A stretch of DNA of 64,000 bases, taken from assembly GCF_000026545.1 (NCBI RefSeq), contig NC_011601.1, one strand, 5' to 3'. Each line of letters starts with the position of its first letter. Positions within the stretch are counted from its first letter, which is position 1. The notes beneath the pieces were generated by a model. That model ran no database searches, was not told the DNA's origin, and saw only the letters and a program-made list of their open reading frames with translations. Positions 18,617-27,285 of the stretch are shown piece by piece. The position numbers and the translations under genes were made by a program. Source of the DNA: Escherichia coli O127:H6 str. E2348/69. GTDB lineage: Bacteria > Pseudomonadota > Gammaproteobacteria > Enterobacterales > Enterobacteriaceae.

Positions 18617-20283
18617 TGCTGCGGTGCTCCTGCTGCATTAGCGATAGCAGTTAATGCGCTCGGGTCGCTGGTCTGCGTTTCGCTGAGAGTCTTGGCCCCC
18701 TGCGCTGCCGCCTGACCCATAGCCATTGCCTGTGCCGCCTGAGCCTGTTTAGCTCGCTCTTCACGAATACCCTGTACCTGCTCCTGCGGAACGATGACGG
18801 TTGGCGATACGCCTGACATTTCAGAGAACGCGTCGATAGCCTGATCCACATCAAGCTTGTCGAGCGCTTCAGGTTTGAACTGCGCCAGTTGCCCGATAAA
18901 TCCAACTGTCTGCGACAGGCTGGTGAGGCCGATAGATTTCTGAGCCTGAGCCATCACAGAGATGTACTCGATACGCAGCGGCATACCCTGAAGAACGTCA
19001 GGAGGTTCGGGCAACATGTTCTTGCGGGCCATGATTGAGAACACGCGATCGATAAGCGGGTTAAGCGCTTCGTCATTCAGGCGCTCAAGCACCGGGCCAA
19101 GCATCAGCAGTTTCTCTTCCTTCATCTCGATCACCGCTTCCACCGGCATAGATCGGGTGTTGATTTTTTGCAGCATCATGAAGAGGTCAACGAAGTAGGC
19201 GCTGTTGATGGTCTGCCTAGTGTCCTGAATGTCAGCCAGCAGGTCGGCGGTATTCGGGTTTACCAGGTATGCAGGTTTGAAACCATCCTGACCGGTCAAC
19301 ACGTCGAGATATGTCACATCGCCAGGCAACAGGGAAACACGCTGATTCTTGAGCGATGTTGGGGCAACCATCGGCGGGTTAGTGGCTTTATCGATCAGCT
19401 GAGCTTTGCGCTTCTGCTCAACCTGAAGTGCTTTAACCTGACCGAGTGCCAGCATACCAGGGCAAGATGAGGCGTAAACGTCTTCGCCATTCACTTCCCA
19501 GCGCGGCGCCAGAATAGGGAATTCATCAAATCCGGATTCACGCAGCAGCTTGTCGGAGTCGCCGCCAGACTCGAAATAGACAGAGCGGTAAGGCTTGTTC
19601 TTGCTGTCCATCTTCCCGCTGTCGCGGTTGACGTTAGGTGTGATGCAGTGGTTAACCTTCACCCACGTTTCATACGTGCCGTTTTCCCACATGCCTTTTA
19701 CGGATGTGCTGACGTTATCCAGACCGAATTCCTGCACCATCTGGCGCACGGTCATGGAGAACTGGCGAATGCAGGTGTCTACGCTACCGCGCGGACTGTT
19801 AGCCAGGTAGTAACTGCCAATAGGGAAAGGCATTGTGCGGATCACGTCCTGGTCATCTTCCAGAACAGCCATAGCGCCGGTGCCGAAAGTACCCAGACTT
19901 GCGTACATAACAGGCAGTGACTGATACAAATTCGATTTGTTGAACACTTCGTTCATGCGGCGCTGCACGACTTCCAGCCAGATTTTCACCGGGCCATAGT
20001 CCATCATGTCAGGGTCAGGCGTTGCCAGTTTGAACCACGGTCGTGCCGGACTGGTGATGCCTGACATCATGCCGCTGGACAGAATTCGCTGAGCCATTGA
20101 GCCAGTGGGATCAACAATCTTGGTGTTACGGCGATCATCACGGTTTACATCAGATGTCAGAAAGCGGGAGCCACGCGGATTGATGAAGTCACTAAGATCA
20201 CGCCAATGCGATTCGAACGATGTGCGCTCATTCTTCAGCTGTGCGAGCTGCTTCAGCAGGCGCTCTTTTTCGGTTTCCGCCAT
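18613..20283 (-). CDS. Portal protein (556 aa)
   Basis: Size and position upstream of scaffold/capsid; acidic C-terminal tail. Confidence 0.65.
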   Translation of the reverse strand: MAETEKERLLKQLAQLKNERTSFESHWRDLSDFINPRGSRFLTSDVNRDDRRNTKIVDPTGSMAQRILSSGMMSGITSPARPWFKLATPDPDMMDYGPVKIWLEVVQRRMNEVFNKSNLYQSLPVMYASLGTFGTGAMAVLEDDQDVIRTMPFPIGSYYLANSPRGSVDTCIRQFSMTVRQMVQEFGLDNVSTSVKGMWENGTYETWVKVNHCITPNVNRDSGKMDSKNKPYRSVYFESGGDSDKLLRESGFDEFPILAPRWEVNGEDVYASSCPGMLALGQVKALQVEQKRKAQLIDKATNPPMVAPTSLKNQRVSLLPGDVTYLDVLTGQDGFKPAYLVNPNTADLLADIQDTRQTINSAYFVDLFMMLQKINTRSMPVEAVIEMKEEKLLMLGPVLERLNDEALNPLIDRVFSIMARKNMLPEPPDVLQGMPLRIEYISVMAQAQKSIGLTSLSQTVGFIGQLAQFKPEALDKLDVDQAIDAFSEMSGVSPTVIVPQEQVQGIREERAKQAQAAQAMAMGQAAAQGAKTLSETQTSDPSALTAIANAAGAPQQ

Positions 20284-20297
20284 CTCTGCCTACTCCG

Positions 20298-20504
20298 TTA
20301 CTGACCAAGCAGCGTTTTACCGCTGGTGTTTGCGGTTGAAGTGTCACCCTGCGCACCAGTCAGCAGAGTAGAGCTGCGCCCTGCTGCTGCGCGGCGGCGG
20401 CGCTCTTCGTCGTCACGAGAACTGACAACTGCTGCATCCTGCTCCTGTGGCGCAGCCTGTACTTCTGGCGCTGCTGGCACTGATGGCTTGCTGCCGATAC
20501 ACAT
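20298..20504 (-). CDS. Small hypothetical protein (68 aa)
   Basis: ORF immediately upstream of portal gene; Ala/Arg-rich low complexity. Confidence 0.25.
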   Translation of the reverse strand: MCIGSKPSVPAAPEVQAAPQEQDAAVVSSRDDEERRRRAAAGRSSTLLTGAQGDTSTANTSGKTLLGQ

Positions 20505-20593
20505 AGCAATAGCTCCGTACGCAATTAAATTATTACCAATTTAACCACATATGATTTATTTAGCGTAGGATATTGACACTTATAACATCAGAT

Positions 20594-20610
20594 ATTACCT
20601 TTTAGGTAAT
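20594..20610. promoter_or_regulatory. Operator-like palindrome ATTACC-N5-GGTAAT
   Basis: ATTACCttttaGGTAAT, upstream of portal operon. Confidence 0.45.
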
Positions 20611-21056
20611 TGGTTCGTGTGTTGAATTGATGAATTGCGGAGGTGGTTATGTAACCGCTTGTGCAGTAGCCCGGAGTACCGCAGCAATAAATTGGGCTTA
20701 AAAGTAAAGGCGGTGGATAAGCGGAGCATCATCTCCGCACATAACTAAAAGCGCGCTTCAGTGAATGACCTTTGAGCCTGGTCGTTAAATCCAAACGGTG
20801 GAGTGCGCTTTCAGGTGTGTAGCAGTACGGCATATGGCACATGTGCCGCAGCGGTCCGGATGGGTTCCCTTGATGCTACTTCCCCAGCCGGGTAGCCGGA
20901 ATGTGCAAGCCAGTGTTAGGTAAGCACGGACAGACGATTCACCATCGTGGCGATACGGTGTGACACCTCGGAAGAGACGAGGATGCAACGATGATAGCAT
21001 TGGGGTGACCGGTTAATCCCATGACGATAACCGATACAGGCGCAGTGCTCTCTTCG

Positions 21057-21169
21057 TTGTGGTTAGCTCAGATAGGTTAGAGCTCCATCCATGCTTGCCA
21101 TTGCTGCATGGGCGGGGAATGGGTTCCGAAAGGATCGCCGCGCAGGTTCGAATCCTGCACCACAACCCA
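21057..21169 (+). tRNA. tRNA-like element, non-canonical (possible pseudo-tRNA or structured RNA)
   Basis: 7-nt acceptor strands TTGTGGT/ACCACAA pair; canonical D-arm TAGCTCAGATAGGTTAGAGC; T-arm GCAGG-TTCGAAT-CCTGC; discriminator plus encoded CCA; but ~58 nt lie between D- and T-arms (normal ~22), including a 7-bp stem with an 11-nt loop. Confidence 0.3.
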
Positions 21170-21375
21170 ATCACGCCTTAGGACCGTGATGAAGCGCCCA
21201 TAAGAACAATGCTGTGTAGCCTTTGGCGGTGGCAGTTTCCCTTGATGCTGACCACCGTCACTTTTACACCAGAACGCCATTGCGATGACGTTGCGCTGTA
21301 AACCCGTAAGCCATGGAAGGCACCCTTGCTTCCATTTCGCCCGGTTCGTCCGGGCATTTTTTTAAGGTGATTAGA

Positions 21376-21807
21376 ATGAGTAAAGACCTGTTCGACATGA
21401 AGCGCCTTCCGGTTGACCGGGTTGCTGCGAGAGTTGTTGGTAAGGGCGTTGATTGGACGCCAAATAAAGTTATTCAAACTGGTGACAGCGATCTTCCGTT
21501 GCCAGTATTTCCTGCATATAACATTAAAAACCCGCAACAACGACGCGAAGTGCAAGCAATGATCGGAAGAAAGAGCGGGAGATTGACAATAATTGGTCTC
21601 GCGGTCACACAGGGAGCAAAAAATAAAGGGGCTCGCTATGTTGCTCGTTGTGTTTGCGGGATTTATACGTATCGCAGAGCAAAAAATTTCAAGAATAATT
21701 CTGATGATTTTGACGGATGCGAGCGCTGCAGAGAACTGTTGTTTCTCAAAAGGGAAGAAGTTAAACGCAGAACGGGAAAATGGGTTGACTGGAAAGAGCT
21801 GATGTAA
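21376..21807 (+). CDS. Hypothetical Cys-containing protein (143 aa), opposite-strand moron between terminase and portal genes
   Basis: ATG at 21376 preceded by AAGGTGA; CVCG...CERC zinc-ribbon-like motif; own terminator; opposite strand to all surrounding late genes. Confidence 0.45.
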   Translation: MSKDLFDMKRLPVDRVAARVVGKGVDWTPNKVIQTGDSDLPLPVFPAYNIKNPQQRREVQAMIGRKSGRLTIIGLAVTQGAKNKGARYVARCVCGIYTYRRAKNFKNNSDDFDGCERCRELLFLKREEVKRRTGKWVDWKELM

Positions 21808-21827
21808 GACTGTGACACGTCACAACT

Positions 21828-21852
21828 AGCCCGCCGATGCGCGGGCTTTTTC
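21828..21852 (+). terminator. Rho-independent terminator
   Basis: AGCCCGC-cgat-GCGGGCT hairpin followed by TTTTT. Confidence 0.5.
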
Positions 21853-23332
21853 ATGCATAGGGATCGTACTCTGTGAGAGCCTTGCCCTGTTGGCTCTGTT
21901 GCTGCCCATAGTTAAACTGTTTTTTGGTGACCGGCGCGGCATATGTCAGCACGTAGGCGTCGGCATCGTTCGGGGATCTGCCAAGCAACTCTTTGACTTC
22001 TTCCTTGTCCTGCAAAATCTTCCTGCTGTCCTTCAGCCTGACCTTGTACTCCGGCGCACTCAGCTCATCGGCAAGGTTCTGGCTATCCAGTTGCGCCCCA
22101 AGCTTCAGTGCGTCGCGGGCTGATTTGTACATCTCCCCGCGCTTATTGCCCATCTCGGGATCCGCGGTACCGCTTCCGAACTGAATCAGCGTCCAGTTTC
22201 GCCCCCAGTTATCGCCAACTGATTTAAGCCCGGTCCCGTACCCGTAATCGATAAACACAGCATCGGCCTGGTACTGGTCCTCGAAGTCGGCAATTATTTT
22301 GGCAAACAATACGTCGTCAGTGGTGCGTTGCCACTCCCCGAGTTTCTTACAGTGCAGTCCCTGCCGAAGATAGATAACCGCCGGGTCTTTACCCTGGTGA
22401 GACGGGTCGACGCCAAGAACTACAGCAGCGTGCTGAACCTGTGCCGGAGTAATAACCCTGCCAACAGCTGGCTGAGTCAGGCCAGACGGAATGAACTGGT
22501 TTTCAGACGCATCAGGGAAGATCCCGCGCACGCGAACCTTCACGAAGTCGCTGTCTTCGCCGTAGTCGTCCACCCACTTTTGCAGTTGCTGCTTGTTGGT
22601 GCCTTCCACGGTGCGGCTGTCAATCTGCGCGCACTTCCAGCGGTGTTTGTACTTGCGGAAACATTCACGGAAACGCCCGGTGTTACGCGTCGGGTTACCG
22701 AACGCCACCCAGATGATTTCGGTGTCTTCGTCCGTCAGCGCCCCTTCAGCTACCTCCCACACCAGATCGGCAATGTTGGATGCTTCGTCGAATACCACGA
22801 TGATGCGCTTGCGCTCGTTGTGCAGCCCTGCGAACGCCTCGGTGTTGTGTTCAGACCATGGGATTGCGTCAGCGCGCCAGCGTTTATCGTGACCGGGATC
22901 GTTGCTGTACATCGCTGTGGCGGTGCAGGTGAACCACTCTTTCGTAATAGCCAGGTTCGACCATTTGATGATTTCCGGCCATGTCTTGGTACGCAACTGA
23001 TTGTCGGTGTTGGCGGTCACCACCACCTTGCAGTCCTCGCAGGTGGACATGCCCCAGTTAATCAGCATCGAGATGAAAGCAGATTTGCCGATACCATGGC
23101 CGGATGCGCGCGCCAGCATCAAAGGCTGGTGACGCGTCGCTGGGTTCTGGAGGTGATCGCGTATCTCGCGGAAGGCGTCAGCCTGCCACTTTCTGGGACC
23201 TGTGGCGTGCGCCAGCTCTGTGCCATCCTCTCCCCACGGAAACGCGTACAGCGCATAGCCCAGCGGGTCATACGTGAACGAGGCGATATCCTCAACGAGC
23301 TGCTCTTCCGGCGACATGGCTTCGGCTGTCAT
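21851..23332 (-). CDS. terL: Terminase large subunit
   Basis: Walker A-like ARASGHGIGKS near N-terminus; size 493 aa; directly downstream of and overlapping the small-subunit gene. Confidence 0.8.
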   Translation of the reverse strand: MTAEAMSPEEQLVEDIASFTYDPLGYALYAFPWGEDGTELAHATGPRKWQADAFREIRDHLQNPATRHQPLMLARASGHGIGKSAFISMLINWGMSTCEDCKVVVTANTDNQLRTKTWPEIIKWSNLAITKEWFTCTATAMYSNDPGHDKRWRADAIPWSEHNTEAFAGLHNERKRIIVVFDEASNIADLVWEVAEGALTDEDTEIIWVAFGNPTRNTGRFRECFRKYKHRWKCAQIDSRTVEGTNKQQLQKWVDDYGEDSDFVKVRVRGIFPDASENQFIPSGLTQPAVGRVITPAQVQHAAVVLGVDPSHQGKDPAVIYLRQGLHCKKLGEWQRTTDDVLFAKIIADFEDQYQADAVFIDYGYGTGLKSVGDNWGRNWTLIQFGSGTADPEMGNKRGEMYKSARDALKLGAQLDSQNLADELSAPEYKVRLKDSRKILQDKEEVKELLGRSPNDADAYVLTYAAPVTKKQFNYGQQQSQQGKALTEYDPYA

Positions 23333-23922
23333 TCTTCACCACCAGCCCGCTCTTTCACGCGACGGCGGGCCTTAGCCATGCGGTCGGCAATGGTGACGGT
23401 GCCGGAAACTTCCAGGCGCTCTTTGAACGCATTGACGTCGACGTGCTTACCAATCAGCTCGAGGTTCTTCACCTTGTCAGGCCATTTGATTTTCTTGAGG
23501 ATGGTCTCGATTGATGTCTCATCCATGTTCATGATGGTAGAGGACAGGTCGAAACCACTCAGTGTGGTGCGCCATATCTTCGGCCACTCGCGGATAGGCT
23601 TCAGGGTGCCATCATCGTTCAGGATGTCGATCACATCCATCTGGTCGATTTCCACCAGGCGAAGTAGCACGTAATCAGCACTGACGCGCAAACGCTTGTT
23701 GCGTTCCTCCATCAGCTCGGCGATCCGTTTCTGGATGCGCTCATCACGCATCATGACACTGGCTTTAACCGCTGCCGTATTAGGCGAGAACCCTGCGTTA
23801 ATCGCCGCCTGCGTCTGATTCTCAGGGCATTTGGTATATTCCTGCGCATAAGCCTCCTGCATCGCTGTTAGGGGCTTGTACTGAGTTGATTTTCGTTTTG
23901 GTGCTTTTGGTTCTGCGGGCAT
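23329..23922 (-). CDS. terS: Terminase small subunit (197 aa from ATG at 23922)
   Basis: Basic N-terminus MPAEPKAPKRKS; ATGA overlap with terL; track ORF extends 25 codons upstream through an operator palindrome, so the internal ATG with GGTGG RBS is preferred. Confidence 0.5.
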   Translation of the reverse strand: MPAEPKAPKRKSTQYKPLTAMQEAYAQEYTKCPENQTQAAINAGFSPNTAAVKASVMMRDERIQKRIAELMEERNKRLRVSADYVLLRLVEIDQMDVIDILNDDGTLKPIREWPKIWRTTLSGFDLSSTIMNMDETSIETILKKIKWPDKVKNLELIGKHVDVNAFKERLEVSGTVTIADRMAKARRRVKERAGGEE

Positions 23923-23951
23923 TGTTACCACCGAAGTAATAATTACCGTTT

Positions 23952-23968
23952 TGGTAATAGTAACACGC
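23952..23968. promoter_or_regulatory. Operator-like palindrome ATTACC-N5-GGTAAT
   Basis: ATTACCgttttGGTAAT, 30 nt upstream of terS start. Confidence 0.45.
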
Positions 23969-24025
23969 AAAACAAAGCCGCCATAGTCGGCGGCCATTGC
24001 AATTTATTGTCGATATCGTGACATG

Positions 24026-24364
24026 TCACACTGATAATTTAGTTTCATGCCAGCCACGAGTTACCCAACATGCCGAATCACCATCGCACGGACACGACTT
24101 AACTGGTAATACATCGCCGCATTTTACGCAGCGGTTAGCACTGATTGACTTGATACGAACACGAACGCGGGCATTATCCTGACGGATAAGCAACGCGATG
24201 TACTCGCTCATATCATACGGCGCACGACCAGGGCGACGGGCGGCGCAGTTACGCGCCAGCATTTCCATTTCCTGCTCGTCGAGTTGCAATTCCATCTTGC
24301 GGTTACCGGCTTCAGCCAGACGGGCACGCTGCGCGGCTTTGCGTTCTGCTGTGGATTTAGCCAC
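24026..24364 (-). CDS. Hypothetical Cys-rich protein (112 aa)
   Basis: CVKCG...CPCDGDSAC motif; last gene before the terminase operon. Confidence 0.4.
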   Translation of the reverse strand: MAKSTAERKAAQRARLAEAGNRKMELQLDEQEMEMLARNCAARRPGRAPYDMSEYIALLIRQDNARVRVRIKSISANRCVKCGDVLPVKSCPCDGDSACWVTRGWHETKLSV

Positions 24365-24478
24365 GGATAGCGCTCCATGCCAGATTAATTAATGATTCCC
24401 AGGCGATGTAAACCCTGATTCCTGCAGCCACGCCAAACCCGATTATCATGGAGTAAAGCAGAGCGTCGCACTTGGACA

Positions 24479-24901
24479 TCACTTCACCTCCTGCTGTGGT
24501 GCTGCTGCTAAATGCTCGACACCTTTAGCCCAAATAGCTTTGATGGTCGTCCATGTGACAGGAACGGTGATTTCAATTCTTCCGCTGCCGTCGCAGGTTT
24601 CGCAATCATCATCACCAAAACACTCTGGGCAGTTTATAAATTTCGTTTCTGAAAACTCACCGGACAACACACCCTTTGCGCCGTTCTCAGCGGTTAGCTT
24701 CTTCGGCACTAGTACGTAACCATCCGGAGATACCGGAGAGTTGCCAGCCTGAAGCATGGCTGCGCGGAGTTGTTGTAGTTCGGCCAGCGCTAGCATTACA
24801 TCATCAATGACAGGCAACTCCATTTCATACAATTCAAGAGAATCCCTAGCCACACGGATAAGTACGCTCAGACGCTCGTCTGTTAGGTTGTTATTGGTCA
24901 T
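24479..24901 (-). CDS. Hypothetical zinc-finger protein (140 aa)
   Basis: CPECFGDDDCETCDGSGRIE resembles a CxxCxGxG zinc finger. Confidence 0.4.
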   Translation of the reverse strand: MTNNNLTDERLSVLIRVARDSLELYEMELPVIDDVMLALAELQQLRAAMLQAGNSPVSPDGYVLVPKKLTAENGAKGVLSGEFSETKFINCPECFGDDDCETCDGSGRIEITVPVTWTTIKAIWAKGVEHLAAAPQQEVK

Positions 24902-25194
24902 TTTTCATCTCCTTTAAGCATGGCGGCGCGGCAGTCACATTCGATGAGTATCGGCTCTCCCCATGGCTGAACGCCGCCACTATCAGCCATTCCGGTGTCG
25001 TTACATTTAGGACAAGGTACTGGCTCCGCACTAAACGATGCAATCACTCCATCAATCACCTTCACAGCATCAGCCATTGCGTAGCCGAGATTGCCTCCGT
25101 CACTTTGTGCTGCTGCTTTGCTGAGTATTTCGCTTATCTGGTGCAGGCGATCGAGTGATACAGGACCGTTCGCCGGGTGGTTGTTAGTTGTCAT
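24898..25194 (-). CDS. Hypothetical Cys-containing protein (98 aa)
   Basis: CPKCNDTG...CDC motif; 4-nt overlap with downstream gene. Confidence 0.4.
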   Translation of the reverse strand: MTTNNHPANGPVSLDRLHQISEILSKAAAQSDGGNLGYAMADAVKVIDGVIASFSAEPVPCPKCNDTGMADSGGVQPWGEPILIECDCRAAMLKGDEK

Positions 25195-25204
25195 GGGTTA
25201 GTCC

Positions 25205-25438
25205 TCAGTTGTAACCAATCGGATTAACTGCAACCAGAACGCCGTCTGCGAACAGGTCTTTAATAATGTGCTCACACGGCTCGCCTGTTTCGTACTCTTC
25301 AACCAGGTACGTGTCGCCATCTTCATTGAGATAAACAGGAAAGATGGAACCATTGATAAAGTAGGTGCCGTTGTTATCAAGAATCTTTGCTTCTGCAATT
25401 TGTGTTTTCATTGTTAGTCCTCCCACTCTGTATCCCAT
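25205..25438 (-). CDS. Hypothetical protein (77 aa)
   Basis: ORF in early operon. Confidence 0.35.
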   Translation of the reverse strand: MGYRVGGLTMKTQIAEAKILDNNGTYFINGSIFPVYLNEDGDTYLVEEYETGEPCEHIIKDLFADGVLVAVNPIGYN

Positions 25439-25665
25439 TCAACCCAAGCGCCTTCACCATCAGCCTCGATAACACCCTGATTGCCACACTGCGGACACTT
25501 AACCAGGTCACCGCCGTAAAGGTATGTCCCTGCCAATGAGCGACTGATAACTTCAATCCCCTTGCTGCACTGGCAGTGTTCGCACGAATTAAGCCAGTCA
25601 ACGCGATATAACACTGGCTCCCACAACATGGTTTTGCTCTCACTTTGGAACAGCAATCTGCTCAT
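25414..25665 (-). CDS. Hypothetical zinc-ribbon protein (83 aa)
   Basis: CEHCQC...CPQCGNQG four-Cys pattern. Confidence 0.4.
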   Translation of the reverse strand: MSRLLFQSESKTMLWEPVLYRVDWLNSCEHCQCSKGIEVISRSLAGTYLYGGDLVKCPQCGNQGVIEADGEGAWVEWDTEWED

Positions 25666-25964
25666 ATCTCCCCCTTCACGCCAATGCCAGCGGCGCTTTC
25701 TAACAAGTCGTCAGCGGCCTGAATATCAGCGCCATCCAGCGATGCGCCATCAGCCGCAGCACGGAAACAGGTTTTGACAAATTCCTTCAGCCCCGCATTC
25801 TCCGCAGCCAGAGCATTACTACGAGCAAGTTGCACATCCAACTGCGTTGCCAGATCGCTAATCAGTTGTGCCACGTCTCGCACATCGACGGCGCCGCATG
25901 ATGCCTTCAGCTCTGCGGACTGATCATGTCCGCGCTTTACCAGATCACTCACTTTGCATTCCAT
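25662..25964 (-). CDS. Hypothetical protein (100 aa)
   Basis: ORF, 4-nt overlap with downstream gene. Confidence 0.4.
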   Translation of the reverse strand: MECKVSDLVKRGHDQSAELKASCGAVDVRDVAQLISDLATQLDVQLARSNALAAENAGLKEFVKTCFRAAADGASLDGADIQAADDLLESAAGIGVKGEI

Positions 25965-26025
25965 CTTTACCCCCGCTTACCCGTATAAGTTATTGATTAC
26001 GTTGATATCCAAAAGGATCATCGTT

Positions 26026-26367
26026 TCAGAACGTTTCGCAGTTCCAGCCACCACCTTTGCTTTTCGGTATTGGCTTTAGCGCTCTAAACGTGAATGGGTA
26101 CATGTCTGCGGCTACCTTGATTTTCACCCTGGCGTCATCAGTCCAGAACCCTTTCACCTCGTGCAATTCCATCTCTCCGGTGGTTAGCATCACCGCGAAG
26201 TCCGGCGTGTAGAACGTGTTATCAGCCAGCCTCAGCTTGATGCCCTCAAATTTGTACCAGGCTACGACAGTGCCGGTTATGCGCTTTAGGTGTGCCGCAT
26301 AAGCCTCTTCCGTCTTGTTCATCTGGCCTGTCTTGAGCCTTCCGAGCGCCTGCAACTGCCTTTTCAT
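26026..26367 (-). CDS. Phage protein, DUF1064-like (113 aa)
   Basis: Size and position right after replication genes; family assignment from memory. Confidence 0.35.
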   Translation of the reverse strand: MKRQLQALGRLKTGQMNKTEEAYAAHLKRITGTVVAWYKFEGIKLRLADNTFYTPDFAVMLTTGEMELHEVKGFWTDDARVKIKVAADMYPFTFRALKPIPKSKGGGWNCETF

Positions 26368-26431
26368 GATTTACCTCTCAGGTAATTTAAAACCACAAAC
26401 GAGTTAATTTCAATAGCAATGCGCATATTTT

Positions 26432-26448
26432 ATTACCTTTTTGGTAAT
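26432..26448. promoter_or_regulatory. Operator-like palindrome ATTACC-N5-GGTAAT
   Basis: ATTACCtttttGGTAAT between P-like gene and downstream early genes. Confidence 0.45.
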
Positions 26449-26484
26449 TCACCAGATGTAAAAAAATGCGCTACTGCGCCGGTA

Positions 26485-27285
26485 TTACTTGATGAGTCCC
26501 GCTGCCTTCCCTCGTCTGTATTCCTCCATAAGCCACTGTGCCGGTGTTATCCCTCCCAGGGTGGCTGCGTTCGGCATGCATCCGAAACTTCGCCCTGGTG
26601 GATGATAGGCGTTACCTGAGCCTGTTGGTGGTGTGCTCATTGGTTCTGGCTTGGCCTGTATGCTGAGTATTGGATCTGGAATCTGGTGACCGGATGCCAC
26701 TTTTGCCGACCATTCATCCAGCAGCTTTCGCGCATGCTTCTCGACTTCAGCCTCACTCAGTTGTCGCTGATACATCGCCCTGCGGGTATCACACACAATC
26801 CAGTACATGACCGGGTGGCGCCACGGGAATCTCTCGGGTCCACCAGGCTGGAGGCTTTTCTCTTTGGCGTAACGGTGAAACTCACCCATCACGTCTTCGA
26901 TGCTGATTCCCAGCACCATCTTGCTGTCTTTGCACCACTTGATGAATTGCCCAGGCGAAGGCCAGAACGGTGATTCACTGGCGCGGGCATGGCGCATTCC
27001 TGCCGATACCTGCTCACGGGTACGAACACCACCTTCAGCGAATGCAGCGATCCACTGCTGTTTTGCCGCTGTCTCCTGTGCCGGAGTCTTCAGGTTGGTC
27101 TGTTCTGCTGCCGGGAATAGCTGCTTAAGCTGTTTAAACAGGGCATCCACAAGTCGCTCTGCCGTAATGTTCACAACGTTGTCGCTACCTGCATACTGAC
27201 GGTCTGATCCGGTTAATTGGGCCATAGCCTCAGCGTCTCGGTTCTGGATGGCGGTAAATACGTTATTCACAGGAAATCCTCCCAC
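26485..27285 (-). CDS. Replication protein P-like helicase loader
   Basis: Segment QQWIAAFAEGGVRTREQVSAGMRHARASESPFWPSPGQFIKWC aligns with lambda P (RRQWVLAFRENGITTMEQVNAGMRVARRQNRPFLPSPGQFVAWC). Confidence 0.65.
   Translation of the reverse strand: MGGFPVNNVFTAIQNRDAEAMAQLTGSDRQYAGSDNVVNITAERLVDALFKQLKQLFPAAEQTNLKTPAQETAAKQQWIAAFAEGGVRTREQVSAGMRHARASESPFWPSPGQFIKWCKDSKMVLGISIEDVMGEFHRYAKEKSLQPGGPERFPWRHPVMYWIVCDTRRAMYQRQLSEAEVEKHARKLLDEWSAKVASGHQIPDPILSIQAKPEPMSTPPTGSGNAYHPPGRSFGCMPNAATLGGITPAQWLMEEYRRGKAAGLIK

Noticed and set aside
20868-21248. 10-bp direct repeat CCTTGATGCT flanking the tRNA-like element
   Set aside because: An exact 10-mer match within ~400 bp is expected by chance several times in 64 kb; not treated as an insertion boundary
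22328-23674. 448-aa plus-strand ORF
   Set aside because: Antisense to the terminase large-subunit gene, which has clear Walker A and operon context; low-complexity Arg/Val-rich translation typical of an antisense frame in GC-rich coding DNA
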